Below, in pieces: positions 39,621-52,244 of a DNA stretch of 64,000 nucleotides. The translations under genes were made by a program, and so were the position numbers. This DNA comes from Psilocybe cubensis. Its lineage: Eukaryota. The stretch spans positions 1,612,001 to 1,676,000 of the forward strand of contig CM038999.1 in assembly GCA_017499595.2 (NCBI GenBank), given 5' to 3'. The notes under the pieces are model-generated. The model was given only the letters and a program-made list of their open reading frames with translations, was not told the origin of the DNA and did not search any database. Each line of letters starts with the position of its first letter. Within the stretch, counting starts at the first letter, position 1.

Positions 39621-39762
39621 AACGCACAAAATATGCTCAATGTTATTGCGACATTCTATCTATATCCATTGTAAAGAACAAGAAAAATCGAAACCATATG
39701 GACGACAGAACGCCATCGATGGGGGGACTACTGATGCCGCGTCGCCAACTACACGATTCTGC

Positions 39763-42518
39763 TCATGTATGATGAAAGCGATTCCGGAATCCTACGCCAA
39801 AGTCGTCGTGTGAGGACGATCTGGCTAACTCAAAACAAAGTTAAAAAAACGCACCCTCGAGATCTTTGAGGTCGCATAATGTGGCCAAATCCGCTCTCTG
39901 CATGTGGAGACATGTCGTCTTGAGGCTATCCCACAGCGCAGAAGAGACCACACCACGATTCTCGTGCGACTCCGAATCATCCCGGACTCCATCGCTGTCT
40001 TGCAACGCCAATGCATCAAGAATGTGCTGAGCAGCTTCTTCGTAGCGCTGGAATACATACAATCAGGACCCACACATTGTCATTCACAAGACGATCTTAC
40101 CCGAAGATTAATGCATGATATTCCCAGGTTAAACCTAGAAAGTTTACGGTTACGTTAAATCCAAAAAATCGGGGTTGACCGAATCCACCCACCTGGCACG
40201 AATGTACCCAGGATTGAGTTCCAGTGCACGATAATAGTAATCAAGTGCTTCTTCTGCGCGTCCGCTATTTGCCATTGTCGCACCTACGCGATTGTAAAGT
40301 AACCAATCCTACAGCCAAGGTAAGGTTTATCTTTGGAAAACAAGTTTGAGCGCCTACATCAGGTCGAACTGCAAGTGCAGTTCTGAAGCAATCTTGTGCT
40401 TTCCCATACTCCTATGAACACATGTTAGTCGCCAAGGATTCCAAATGTCCAAAATTTGGAACCTACTTCATTCGTGTTCAGCAACACGGCCAACGCAATT
40501 TGGATATCTGCGTCAATTTCCCCACTCGTGTTACTTCTGGCCATTGTGATCAAGCATTGAATCAGCTGAGAATACTTTTCTGCAAGAGTGAGATCCTGTG
40601 GATTGGACGCCTGCGCACGGAACTGCGCAACTGCGTCTTGATACTGTTCATTCCGAGAGACCCATTCGTTGATTGCGTCGTATGTGCCCTGTCGATCATT
40701 GTCGTTTGTTGACGAGATGCCCAGGGCGAGCCACGCGGGGAGATGCGTTGGGTCTAGTTCTACTGCGCGTCGAAGTGCCTGAAGCGCTTTATGTTCGCGT
40801 TCGTTTTCCTGCTGCTTTACACCAAGCTCGTACCATGCACTCGCATCCTGCATATTACGTAGCACACATGCTTCGAGCTCAAGAACACTCTATGACAAGA
40901 CAATCAGTGATTAACCTATCTAATCTCTGTGGTTGCGGCGATAAACGAAAGCGAGACGCACCTCTAAAACCGATTGCCTCCCTTGTGTGTGGAGGAGATG
41001 TGCTCGGGTCCGCGACGAATCACCTAGCAGATAAGGATTGTTCTCCTGGAATCTGTAGTTCGTAATGACCTTGATCCCAGATGTGGTAGCCTCGAACTGA
41101 TCCCAATCAGCTTGCAGTTTGCCCCACGCCTGTGTCTCCGCTGTCGCCGCCGGCTGCTGCTTGACCTGCGTGTCGGACCAATATCGCGCAAACTCGGCGT
41201 TCTCTTGTCGGAAATACGCATCGTTAGCGTCTTCCTGCGCCTGATCTCGCACCTGCTGCTGCTCCTGGTTCGAAGACGCTTGGTTCAGGCTCGATTGGAA
41301 GACTGTCTCGTTGGCGGACGGGTTCATGGATCGTGCTACGATCGGGACCGCTCTGCCTTTGCCTTTCAGATCAATGTTTGCTTGTGACGATGTACGGCCT
41401 TCGCTCTCGACCATCTGGTTCCCCTCTACAATGACCTCTCCATCGCGCAACTGCTTCATGAGCCCCATAAATTGACTCTTTTGGAACTTTGGATTCTGCT
41501 CGTGTCGGACATTTTCCAACAGCATGCCAGCGGTGCGCGCAAGTTCATCGGCTTCGCCACCAGGTCTCTGTATTTGCTCTTGTACTGGTTCATCAATTTG
41601 AGTGACTACGGGTGTAGACACGGTGTGCTGAAGCTCCTGAGCACTGAATTCTCTGTCCCAGGATATTCCTGAGAGATCGTTAAATTAAAACACCGCAGCG
41701 AGAAACAAGGCAGAAGCCTACTTTTGTTAGTAACTGCAGGCTGCGGCTGATGAGCGAGATGCTGCATGGGCATCTGCGGCATGAACGCGGGCATCGAGTT
41801 GCTCATGCGGAAATTAGAGAGCGTTGGGTTCCATTGCATACCGCCGGCTGTAAAAAGACACGAGATAGTCAGCACGATGTATCCAGAATTTTTGGGTGAA
41901 TATATTGACCTTGAGGTGGGAGGACGGTGCTGGAAGCAGCGTGCATCGGGTGCAGCTGGTGGTCTACCTGCACGTCCATGTTCATGCCCTTGGCAGCTGT
42001 CTGCATCGGCTGGCCGAGGTTCAGAGACTGCATAGCGATGGGAGTCGTCGACTGGGCCATAAAGTCGGATGCCCAGGACGCCGTTGCTGCGTTTTGGGGT
42101 GCCTGCATCTGCATCTGGGGCACCGGATGCATTGGCAGGGCAGCACGCATGCTGGAGAGATCGAACCCGGCATCTGCGACGAGCTGGGGCGCATGCGATG
42201 GGTTGGCAGCGAAGAACCGGGCGGCGTCTTGATCGTGTGCGCTGGTGTTTCCCGGCTGCGAACGGAAAACCTGGAGATGGTTGGATTTGGGTGGGGTGTA
42301 GATGAGTATGCTGGTATGCTACGTACCTCTCTCGAAGACCCTGCTCGACCCGCGCCAAAATGATCCTAAGATGAGATGAGACTCCTTGTCTGACACACCG
42401 GAGCAGATGGACATACTTGTTGGATGCCTCTGTCCTGCTCGAATCGTTTGGACAAGTTTTGAAGTGGGTTTGAGGGGCCGCATTCAGCGCCGCCTCCAAC
42501 AAGCATTGGGAGGGCCAT
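39763..42518 (-). CDS. PEX5: Peroxisomal PTS1 receptor Pex5 (with Pex7-binding box)
   Basis: N-terminal conserved Cys (AECGPSNPL), WxxxF motifs (WASDF, WDREF), [28 protein letters not shown] and TPR repeats ([29 protein letters not shown]). Confidence 0.95.
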
Positions 42519-42727
42519 GGCGGTTGGTAAAGAGTATGGGGTAGAGGAGAGAGAGAAATAATACCGGATGCCGATCTCACGTGTTATTTGGAAATGATAC
42601 TTGGTGTCATTTATTTAAATAGAAAAGAGCACAACAACAGTATTATAGCAAATAATTACAGAAAGAAAAACCCGAGACCTATCCGGCGAAAAGAGAAGGA
42701 AAAAAGAGTACCTTGGGCATAGAGTAG

Positions 42728-43763
42728 CTACTGAAGAGCATGATCTCGACTGACCCCCTGGGGGTTGGAGTGGTTCTCTTCCGGGGCCGGGGCAAACTTT
42801 GGATTGGACGCCCTGCAATCAGCACCGCCATCGGAGCGTACTTGATATAGAAAAGATGTCAAATAAGAAGTTGTTTTGTGCAAAGGGAAACTTACGGTGG
42901 CGCTGCAAGGAGAAAAAAAAGAGTTGGAGAGATTGTTGACTGATGAGTAGAGAGATAGACGTACGTTGAGAGCATCGAGACGGCTGAAAGTCTTTTTGCA
43001 GCCCTGGCAGATGTTTGACTGGGACTTTGCCGCGTGCAGAGCCTGATGGCGCCTGTGGGAAGTGGTTGGGGATGCAACGGGGTAGAAGAGAAGAATGGGA
43101 CGTACTTGCAGTCGTGCTGACGGGCAAAGCCCTTTTTGCAGCCTGGCCAGTCGCATACATAGGGTCTCTCTTCTGTGTGGGATCGCAGGTGACCTATGGG
43201 AGCAAGGAGGGGTCAAAGAGGATGCGATGTGGAGAGAGAGAAGTAGACGGACCGCGGAGGTTGAAACGACGTGTAAAAGTGCTGCCACAGCCTGGGACGG
43301 GACAGACAAAGTGGGCCTCGTTGCGGCGACGACTGGCACTGGCGAGCTGAGTTGCAGAAGTGGTGACCTGCTGCTTCTCTACTTGGAGAATGGGTGGTAG
43401 ACGCGGTACGCCTGAGGATGAGGGGTAGTGGTTTGCACCTGGACCTGAAGCAACTGGTGGTGGTGGTGGGGGCTGCTGCTGGTGGTCTGGGATGGGTGTA
43501 GTGGTGGTGGTGGTGGTGGTCTGCTGGGGAAAGAGCTGAGGTGGTGCGGGTGGTGGTACTGGAGCAGAAGCAGAAGCTGCTACCTGGTTGAAGGGGAGTT
43601 CTGAGGACATGGGACTGGGAGAAGAAGAGTGGTTGTGGTGGTCAAAGAGAGGTTGTGGTTGTTCATAAGAGTAGTCGCGGGTGGGGGGGCCGTCAGGGTG
43701 AGACGCGGGACCCTCTGTAGGGATGGATTGGAGGGGGAGCTGCTGGGGAAAGTCAGAGGCCAT
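42728..43763 (-). CDS. C2H2 zinc-finger transcription factor, Crz1-type finger array
   Basis: FVCPVPGCGSTFTRRFNLR/GHLRSHTEERPYVCDWPGCKKGFARQHDCK/RHQALH...CQGCKKTFSRLDALN/RH/LRSDGGADC. An alternative in-frame ATG lies at 43802. Confidence 0.85.
43455..43520. repeat. (GGT)n microsatellites encoding poly-Pro and poly-Thr in the Crz1-like gene
   Basis: tggtggtggtggtgg and gtggtggtggtggtggtggt tracts. Confidence 0.85.
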
Positions 43764-43898
43764 GTGGATGCAAGTAAACAGCAGCAGGGGGGCCACAGAC
43801 ATTCATCATAATCACTTGCCTCAATCCGAACAGAGCGCAACTAATCCAGATCGGTGGCTGTGCTGCACAGCAAAAACTCTATTACTTGTACTTGTATT

Positions 43899-46800
43899 CT
43901 ACTCAAAGATATGCGAGTCGAGCAGTCGTCGTCGTCGCATCAACTCTGCCTCTGAGATTGTCTGTCCTGTACTCCGCTTTCCCTCTCCTACGCTCTCAGG
44001 TGGTGTCGCTGCTCTGCGTGGGCTCTCCGAGTGTCGTCTGGTCACAAACGTGATCCCCGTGTCCTCCGTTTCCGTTTCAGACGTGAGAGGACTCGGCCCG
44101 CCCTGTGCCTTGGGCGCCAACAGCCCGCCTCTGCTTTCCGTCACTGTTGCGGGGTATCGCTCGAATGCATGGTCTATCCATTCAGCAAGCTCTTCAATCA
44201 CCTGCACATCTGTCAGCATCTCGTCGCTCAATGTACAGTTTCACATACCGCTTTCGCTTCACTCATCAATGTAGGCATCTGTAGGTACCCATGGCTCCAG
44301 TCCGAAAACAGAACCATCTGCACCCAGTCAGACTCGGCCTGTCTTGCAAGCTTGTCTCGCTCTTTCTTCAGCTCCGCAGAAATTTTGCTGTCACCGTGTC
44401 CATCAACCGCACTCATCCGCAGTGTCTCCCCAAAACGTGCGCTTTTCCCAGACAATAATAGGTCAAGCTCAACTTTACGCGCCCGTTTCGCTTCGCGCAC
44501 ACGCCCTGCAAAAATCACCGTGTCGTCTACAAACGGGTCCTTTTCCCCGCACTGCATAAGTAGTGGCGGGAATTGTGCAAGCAACTCGTTCGGCACAAGG
44601 ATAGGTGAGATGTGGTAGTCTGTCGCAAAATCCGGGTTCCGATGTGGTCCAATGTACAAAATAGCCATGGCACGCATCTATCCTCAATGTCAACACCAAT
44701 TTTTCCTCTCTCTCTCTCTCTTTCTGTCACGTACCATACTGGGCGAAATAATTCTGTCCTGGAAATAGCCCGTTCGACTTGTCATCGTTAGCCGCGTGCC
44801 TACAGGCTCTTTCCCACTTCCGCTGCTTCCAGGTTCAGGGGATTTCCCAGACACGGCTCGAATAGCTTTCGTATCTGCTTCCGCGACTGCAATCGACAAT
44901 TCATGCTGTTGTCTTTCCATGTCAGAACCACTCCTGATCACATCTCCACCCCCCTTCCAATATTTGTATACAATCCGAGCTGAAATCGGTCGGTCTTCTT
45001 CCTTGATCTTATCAAAGTCCTCTTCTTCCTCGCTCTCTCCGTCTGCCAGTGATCCTTCGTCTCCAAATCCCTGGTGGCTAGTAGACCTCCCAGGTGCAGA
45101 CTTGGACGGCACTTTCAATGTCGAACTTGTTTCTTCCTCCCCACCACTAACATAATTCCTCAATGCATCCTTCCAACTTGATCGTCTTCTTATCCGCTTC
45201 CTTGTCGGTTTTTTGTCGCGGACCATACTCAACGGACTCTGACATACACAATCATTCATCCCGTCAACTTATTACCCACCCCACAGTAAATGAGAAACAA
45301 AAAAACTCACGACATGCTTCAAGTGATCTTTCTGCTCGGCCACCTCTTTCAACCCCGGAATGTTTCCAGACGACTGCTCCGATCGTAACACACGCAGATT
45401 GTCGGCTGACATCCACGAAGTGAAATTGAAGTCTAGTGCAGCATAGTTGAGGACTACGGCTGTCGGCAGTGGCAAATGGATAGGCTGATGGGACGATGAA
45501 GCTAATTGCCTCAACTCCAGTGTTCGTATCACTACATTAAGGGCCAGAGTTCCGCCACTAAACACAAAGATAAGAGACTCATGTTTACTGCGAAAGAAAA
45601 AGCTAAAAGAATGTTTCAAGAGGTACTCACGCAGAATCGCCCGATATTATTATGCTTAATTTCTTTCCAGACATTCCAATGAGCTTCCCATCTAGAAGCA
45701 CAGCACAGTGGTTAATTCCGGACATTGTAATGCGTTCAAGCACAGACGTACATGACTCTACCATGAGCCTATAGACATCAAACGCTTCATCTCGTGCAAA
45801 AGGGTATGGGTCTATTTTTAACTCTGTTAAGCGAGTTGCATGAAATCAGATGAATAGAAAGCGCTCACACTCTGGTGCTTTCCCATAATCTATAGCTAGT
45901 ATAGGCCTACCAGTTGAAACAGCCCACATCCGCAGACGTTCTTCATGGTGTTCAGGTGACATCGCGACGAAGCCACCCCCCGGAAAATCGAGGATTAGCT
46001 CGGTAGCTTTGCATAATTCGCTTTCAGCTGGTCCGAAGTAGAGATACGCTGTTATGGGTCGGTCGTACGACGACGACTTGGGTCGGGGCAATAGAATCTT
46101 TCGCCTGACGCCGACCCGTGGAAGTCGAGTTACCAACCTGATCTATTGGAAAATGGCAGCATGAATGATTTGGATTTGCATGAATATGCATAGAATACGC
46201 ACATATGGATTTGTCGTCTTTTCCCATGTAGTGCGCAGCATTTCGATGGTCGGAACAGCGCGGAAGCGGCGAAGCTGATATGAGTGAAAAAGTCTATTAA
46301 CGCCAACATCAAAGAGGTATGGGGATCGCGGGGGATCTACCTTTTCATCTGCTTCTTGTGCATATATGATATAGTAGAACGAGAAGACGATGGATGCTAT
46401 ATCACGCAGCCATTTTGGCCGAATCGACATGGCTGTTGCGAATCCGGCATCGAGGCCTGTGACGATCCATGTTGCTCGATAGTAAGAGGGAGAGTACTTT
46501 GCGGGAAAAGAAATAAGAATAAACATGTGATCAGTGGGCATATGCGCGGGAAGGACGAACTAGACGGGCCAGTGGCTCCGGGGCTGTTGCGTATGTTGAG
46601 ATGATGTGCAACTAGAGATTGAATTGTGACGTACCGTTGAGACCAAGAAGCTTATCGAGGTTGCGAATAGAGTACATTACTGTCAGAGTACTGACGATGA
46701 TCTGCCATGGCGTGAATCGTTCTGCGGGGTGGTTAGACAACGAACAAGCGAGCGGCGTAGTGGACAACGCGTACTGCTAATCGTTCTGTTGAGTTTCGTG

Positions 46801-46986
46801 AGCCATAATATTCTAGGAGGGCCTGAGTTTCCGCGAACAATTCTCCAGACCCAGAATAAGATTACGAGGATGACCTGTCATTCAAAGTGAAGGCTGAGTT
46901 ACGCGGTGCCCACTGTAGTGACTGGAGAAACTTGCCTGTGTTCGTTTCCAGGAAGGGTTTGGTCGACCAACAAGATGGTCAATCAT
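43899..46986 (-). CDS. Hormone-sensitive-lipase-like alpha/beta hydrolase with N-terminal membrane segments
   Basis: DFPGGGFV oxyanion motif, DYGKAPE/YPYP, nucleophile SGDSA/GG, GEKDPFVDD and WSHGYL. Confidence 0.88.
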
Positions 46987-47253
46987 GGTAGATGGTAGAG
47001 ATAAGAAAAGGTTATATAACAGCTAGTATATGGGCAATATATGACCGGATCTTGCCTCCATGGAGAGGCGTACCGAATAAACCTCAACAAAAATACCCCG
47101 CACCTACGGCACAACTGTTGCTAGCATGTGATTTTGGACAATAGCCCCCGCATATGACCCTAACCCCAGGACTTCCTCGGCTTCCATTTTTAGGTGATAG
47201 ATATGAAAATTTGAGCTGTCAGCGTTCTCCTGTCGTTCTCTTAGTCTGCACCC

Positions 47254-48868
47254 ATGGCTCCTCTAATTTCAATCAAGTCCTCTGACGAAAAACTAGAAAT
47301 CGTTAATCAGCTGCTGCTGCCCCACAAAACAGAGTTTATCGAGATCAACAGTGTCGAGGATGCACACGACGCGATCAAGACCATGAAGGTCCGCTACCGA
47401 CGGTCACATCCAAACCATTTCACACTGTAGCTCACATCACCCAAAAAGATTCGTGGCGCGCCGGCCATCGCATCTCTCGCCGCTCTGTCCCTATCGCAAC
47501 ATGTCAGACGTAGCCTTGCTGCCTCACCACCCCCAGCGTTCCTCGAATCTCGAGATGCGCTCAAGACACACATCGATGGCATCCTCGCGTTTCTGTTCAC
47601 AGCTAGGCCGACAGCAGTCAATCTCGGCGCCGCCACGAAACGTCTAGGGAAGACTCTGGATGCAGGCATCGCAGCTGGGAAGGACCCCAGGACGATTGCG
47701 CAGGAGTTGATCGCGGAGGGCAACGCAGTTGCCGATGAGGACGTGGGCAGGAACAAAGAGATGGCAAAATGGGCAGGTGAATGGCTGCTTCAGCGTGTTC
47801 GTGAACAAGCACCGGGCACCCCTGCTGGAGATCTCAATGTCCTCACGGTCTGCAATACTGGCTCTCTCGCCACCTCTGTATGTCTTCTTCAGTCCCTTTT
47901 TTGACGATGGTCTGTCTAATTTGAGTGTTACCTAGGGATATGGAACTGCTCTTGGAATGATCACCTATCTACACGAGACCGGAAAACTCCAGAAAGCATA
48001 TTATACCCAAACTACGCCTTACCACCAAGGATCGAGGTATGGATCCTTGCCCCCATATTCCAGTGCCCGAAGGTTAATTCAATGGAGTCAAGGTTGACTG
48101 CGTTGGAACTTCAAACACTGAAAATTCCTTCTGTGATGATATGTGATACCATGGTTGGCTCCCTCTTCCAGCACCACAACATACACGCAGTCGGTGCGTA
48201 TACCTCTTGCTGGCTTTGCCCCCCCTCTATACATTAATCTCACTCTTTTTTCTTTCATACACACAGTTGTTGGTGCCGACAGAATAGCCAGAAATGGAGA
48301 CACTGCTAACAAAGTAGGTCTACAACCCCTCAATACTTTCTCTGTCAGGACGTTTCAACTAACGGATCTTGTGCTTTATTCCCACTCTTCTACTCTCAAA
48401 CCTATATGCATCTTGGATATGTAGATCGGAACATACAACGCCGCAGTCTTAGCAGCGCGCCACAAAATCCCTTTCATTGTCGTCGCTCCTATCAGTACAG
48501 TCGACCTCGACGTTGCTGATGGATCTCAGTACGTATTTCCGATGTCCTTTCCTTACAACGCGACTTGCACCGCCTCCCCTACGCACGCAGGCTTCATTAC
48601 TTATGCTCATTCATTTCGCTCTTCTTTTAGGATCCCGATTGAACAGCGTCCTGCGCTGGAAGCCTGCCTTGTTCGTGGCATCCTCTATCCGAATGAGGGA
48701 AAGAGCGAGCAGGTGCAGGTGATGATCACCCCTTCTGGCTTGGAGGGCGTGTATAACCCCAGCTTTGACGTTACGCCCGCTGAGCTGATCACGGCCATCG
48801 TCACGGAGAAGGGAGTCGCAGTGAAAGCGGAGGGTGCGACTACATTTGACTTGACACCCATCGTTTGA
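47254..48868 (+). CDS. MRI1: Methylthioribose-1-phosphate isomerase
   Basis: [58 protein letters not shown] and NPSFDVTP. Confidence 0.95.
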
Positions 48869-49096
48869 GTGCTTCACAGTGGTATTTATTAGAATATAGT
48901 AAACTCATTTATGCCTTACACTCGAATTAGAACTTTCATTCGTCGAGAGAAATTCCCAATTGGGGAATCATATGCCTTTTTAGATTATCATGATATCATG
49001 ATCAACTGATTATAAGCATTACCCGTGAATGACAATCTGGATGAGTTCAGCGGGGCCGGGGGGGAGTGGCTGCAAATGGCTTAGCATCAGACCACG

Positions 49097-50783
49097 ATGA
49101 CCTCCCAGTTTATCTCGTACATCGCCGTGCATGGAGGTGCGGGCACACATGGAGCGACGCACGAAAAGGAGATAAAAAAAGCACTGCGCAGGTACGTCGC
49201 GGTCCAATATACCATCGTTGTTTCGTCGACTGGCGAACCGAGCCAACCCCGGCTCGCTTTGTCTTCCTTGACTCCCTTCGTCTTGCCCATCCCCATATTC
49301 ACGCATCGCCGGCTGCAGGGCATGTACAACAGGTCTCATGATACCGCACTTTCCAAGCCAAATGCGACCTGGCAGCATCGCGATGAGCGGAGGGGTTCCT
49401 GTAACTGAGGATATATCAGCTGGTGTGGCGCATCAGAATCAGCAGCCCCATACGCGCCCACCGGTGCGAGGTGCCTCGAGTCTGGACATGGTCGAACGGG
49501 CCATCGCGGTTCTAGAAGACGACGAGCATCTCAATGCAGGTTGGTGGTGTCCCGTTTACGCCGCATTTCATTGGCGTCAATGATTATTGTAATGCTTTGC
49601 GTCTGATTACAACGCTGCGAATCTTTTCGGACAGGGTATGGCTCAAATCTCACCCTGGACGGCACGGTAGAGTGCGACGCGGCCATCATGGGTGCTAGAG
49701 ACGCGTCATTTGGAAGCGTAGGCGCTGTATCGGGTACGCGTCTTGTCTGGTAGCTGTTCGTCTGCTTTAAATTGTATACAAGGCGTAAGGAATCCAATTC
49801 GACTGGCGAGATCAATCCTCGAGCACGCACGCGTCCCAGACAAACTCGGTCGCGTACCGCCACTGTGGGTTTCTGGTTTTATGGTAACATTCTGTAGAGG
49901 CTTTATAGTACATGCAGGACGTTGACATCCTCGGGCGCATACAAATTTGCCGCGAGCAGAGGGATTGATGTTGTCCCACCAGAAACACTTAAAACTGCAG
50001 GAGCGGAAGCACAATGGGGGAAATGGAAGGCGCGGTTAGCAGAACAAGAAGCGGGTGTTGGTCTCGGCGATATTCAAGATACGGTAGGCGCTGTAGCATA
50101 CAACTCGGAAGAGGGCATGGCTGCAGGAGTATCTAGTGGGGGCCTGTTGCTGAAATGGCCTGGAAGAGTTGGAGAGGTAACACTTTGGATTTGTTGTAGG
50201 TCTATTCTCAGTTTGAATATAGGCTGCAATATTTGGTGCTGGGTGCTGGGCGAATCGAATAATGGCCTGCAGTGTTTCTGGTATTTTATTTCGTTATGAA
50301 TGTGAACACTTGCTGATGTGTTACAAAGGTACGGGAGAGGATATTATCCGAGAACACATTGCACGCAAAATCAGCGAGATGTACAATGAAGAGGCTGACC
50401 CACATAAAGTGCTTGACACGGTTCTAAGGGATTTCTGGGGTACGGGGGTCTAAATTATGAAAGGAATGTCAACTTGACAGATGGGCAGATACATGCAAGG
50501 GGCGAGGAGAGGAGATGCCTTCGGTTGGGATCGTGATGCTCGCGGCGGACGGGGACTCGGCGATTCGGCTGTGGTGCGCATTTACAACGGCGAGCATGGC
50601 GATTGGGTATGCGACGAGCACGGACGGGAGAGGGGCAAAGGTGAGTGTTAATAGAACACGTGACTAGAAACTAACTGGGGAAACTGCGGGGGGCAGGCGG
50701 TGATTCTTCGCCACCCAGAAGCAGGGAGATTGAGGGATGATGGAAGGGCGCGGGTGTACATAACATCGATTTCATTAGCATAG
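49097..50783 (+). CDS. Ntn-hydrolase, threonine aspartase (taspase-1)/asparaginase-2 family
   Basis: AVHGGAG, LNAGYGSNLTLDGTVECDA, autocleavage site D|TVGAV, GVSSGGLLLKWPGRVG and SGTGE. Confidence 0.9.
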
Positions 50784-50837
50784 AAATATTTACAGGGAAG
50801 ATGGTGGTAGAATACAAAAAGCAAGAGAAAGGACATA

Positions 50838-52032
50838 CTAGTGTTTGAGACCATTGGCAGAGCCGGGCGGACGGGAGAGTGGGGCAGGACCGGGGGAAGA
50901 AGCGGGAGGAAGAGGCCGGGCGGCGTTGAGACGCTTGAGGGTTTTAATGGGAAACTTTGTGCTGGAAAGGGATGAGAGGGAGAATGGAAAGGGCCGGGAA
51001 TACATACCGACAGGTGGAACAGACGGGGACGGGCTGACAGAAAACTGAATGGGAGTGAGCACGGGACAGGAAAGGAGAGAGAGGAGACTGACTGGAGAGA
51101 CAGACGGAGCACACGAAACCAACATCGATGATGTTTTTGTGACAGAAGCAGGCAGCGCGGAAGTCGATCTTGTCCTGGGTGGGAACAGCGAGGATTCTCC
51201 TGATAGATGGGGGCGGGAGAAAGGCCATCTGGGGGATATTAGGGGAGAGGCGACAGAGAAGAAGAGACACTGACGATGAGGTACTGCAGCAGCGCATCGC
51301 GGCGGTCGAGGTGGAGATAGGAGCCGCCGGTGAGATGCGCCGCCTGCTGGAGAAAGACGGTGTGGGGGCCGTAGATCTGGCACGCATCGATTGTTGCTTT
51401 CTGGGGAGAATCAGTAGAGGCCAGCCGGCGCAAGAGACTACACAGACCAGTTTCTGCGCAGAAAAGATCGAGTTCATGATGGGGATGTAGTCGGCGGGCT
51501 GGTCAGGCGACACCGAGAGCACCAGCATCCGAGGTTCAGCGAGCGCCGTCTGTCCGAGAGCGAGCCGGTTCATGTCTGCACCCGGTCAGGTCAGTCCACT
51601 GTGGTCACTCACAGCACTCACAGCAAAGCGCCTTGCTCATCGCCCCAACCAGCGCAACTGGCTCCTCGCTGGGCGCATCCAGCTCACCAGCTATGCTCGC
51701 AACGACTGCCCGGTCCAGTTGGCGGAACGGCGGATAGGCATTGGGATCCATGTCAGACGGCTGTTCCGGGGGGTCGATCGATGAATAGAGCATTGTGCTG
51801 TGGGAAAGTAGACTATTAGCATTCGTTGTTGGCGCTGCTCGCCTGGCCTGGCGGACCTTTTCCCCGGCAGTGCTGCAAAGACTGCGAGTGTGTTCTCGTC
51901 TCGTAGTGCAATGTGTGCATTTAGAAATGCTAGTAGTTGGCTTAGAAAAGAGGGAAGCCCAAGTTCTTCGCTGCACCCCTCCCATTGTCCCGGCGACAGG
52001 TCTAGCACCACCGCCAGGTGTGAGTAGTCCAT
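50838..52032 (-). CDS. TFB4: TFIIH core subunit p34/Tfb4
   Basis: vWA-like LAVVLD...FLNAH, YIPIMNSIFSAQK, FLQQAAHLTGGSY and C-terminal DFRAACFCH...GFVCSVCLSIFC...CSTC. Confidence 0.95.
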
Positions 52033-52244
52033 CGATAACTTGTTGTCTTCTGTTGCCAAGACAAGATCAAACAACTCCCCCCTTATGGTCACTTCGGAGT
52101 CTCCGTCACGAGCGCCGGTGACGAACGCCCTTCCGGCGTTGGCCGTCACGATGCCTGTAGCGACGCTGCGGCCGTGTGAATTCTCTCCGTTGGCGATGCC
52201 TGGCGCCCTCCTCCTCTTCACCATCTCCCACCACCATCCCCCCC

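Noticed and set aside
47158-47167. Telomere-like CCCTAACCC motifs (also ~21241 and ~27060)
   Set aside because: Isolated 9-10-mers expected by chance; two lie in coding or intronic sequence of known genes.
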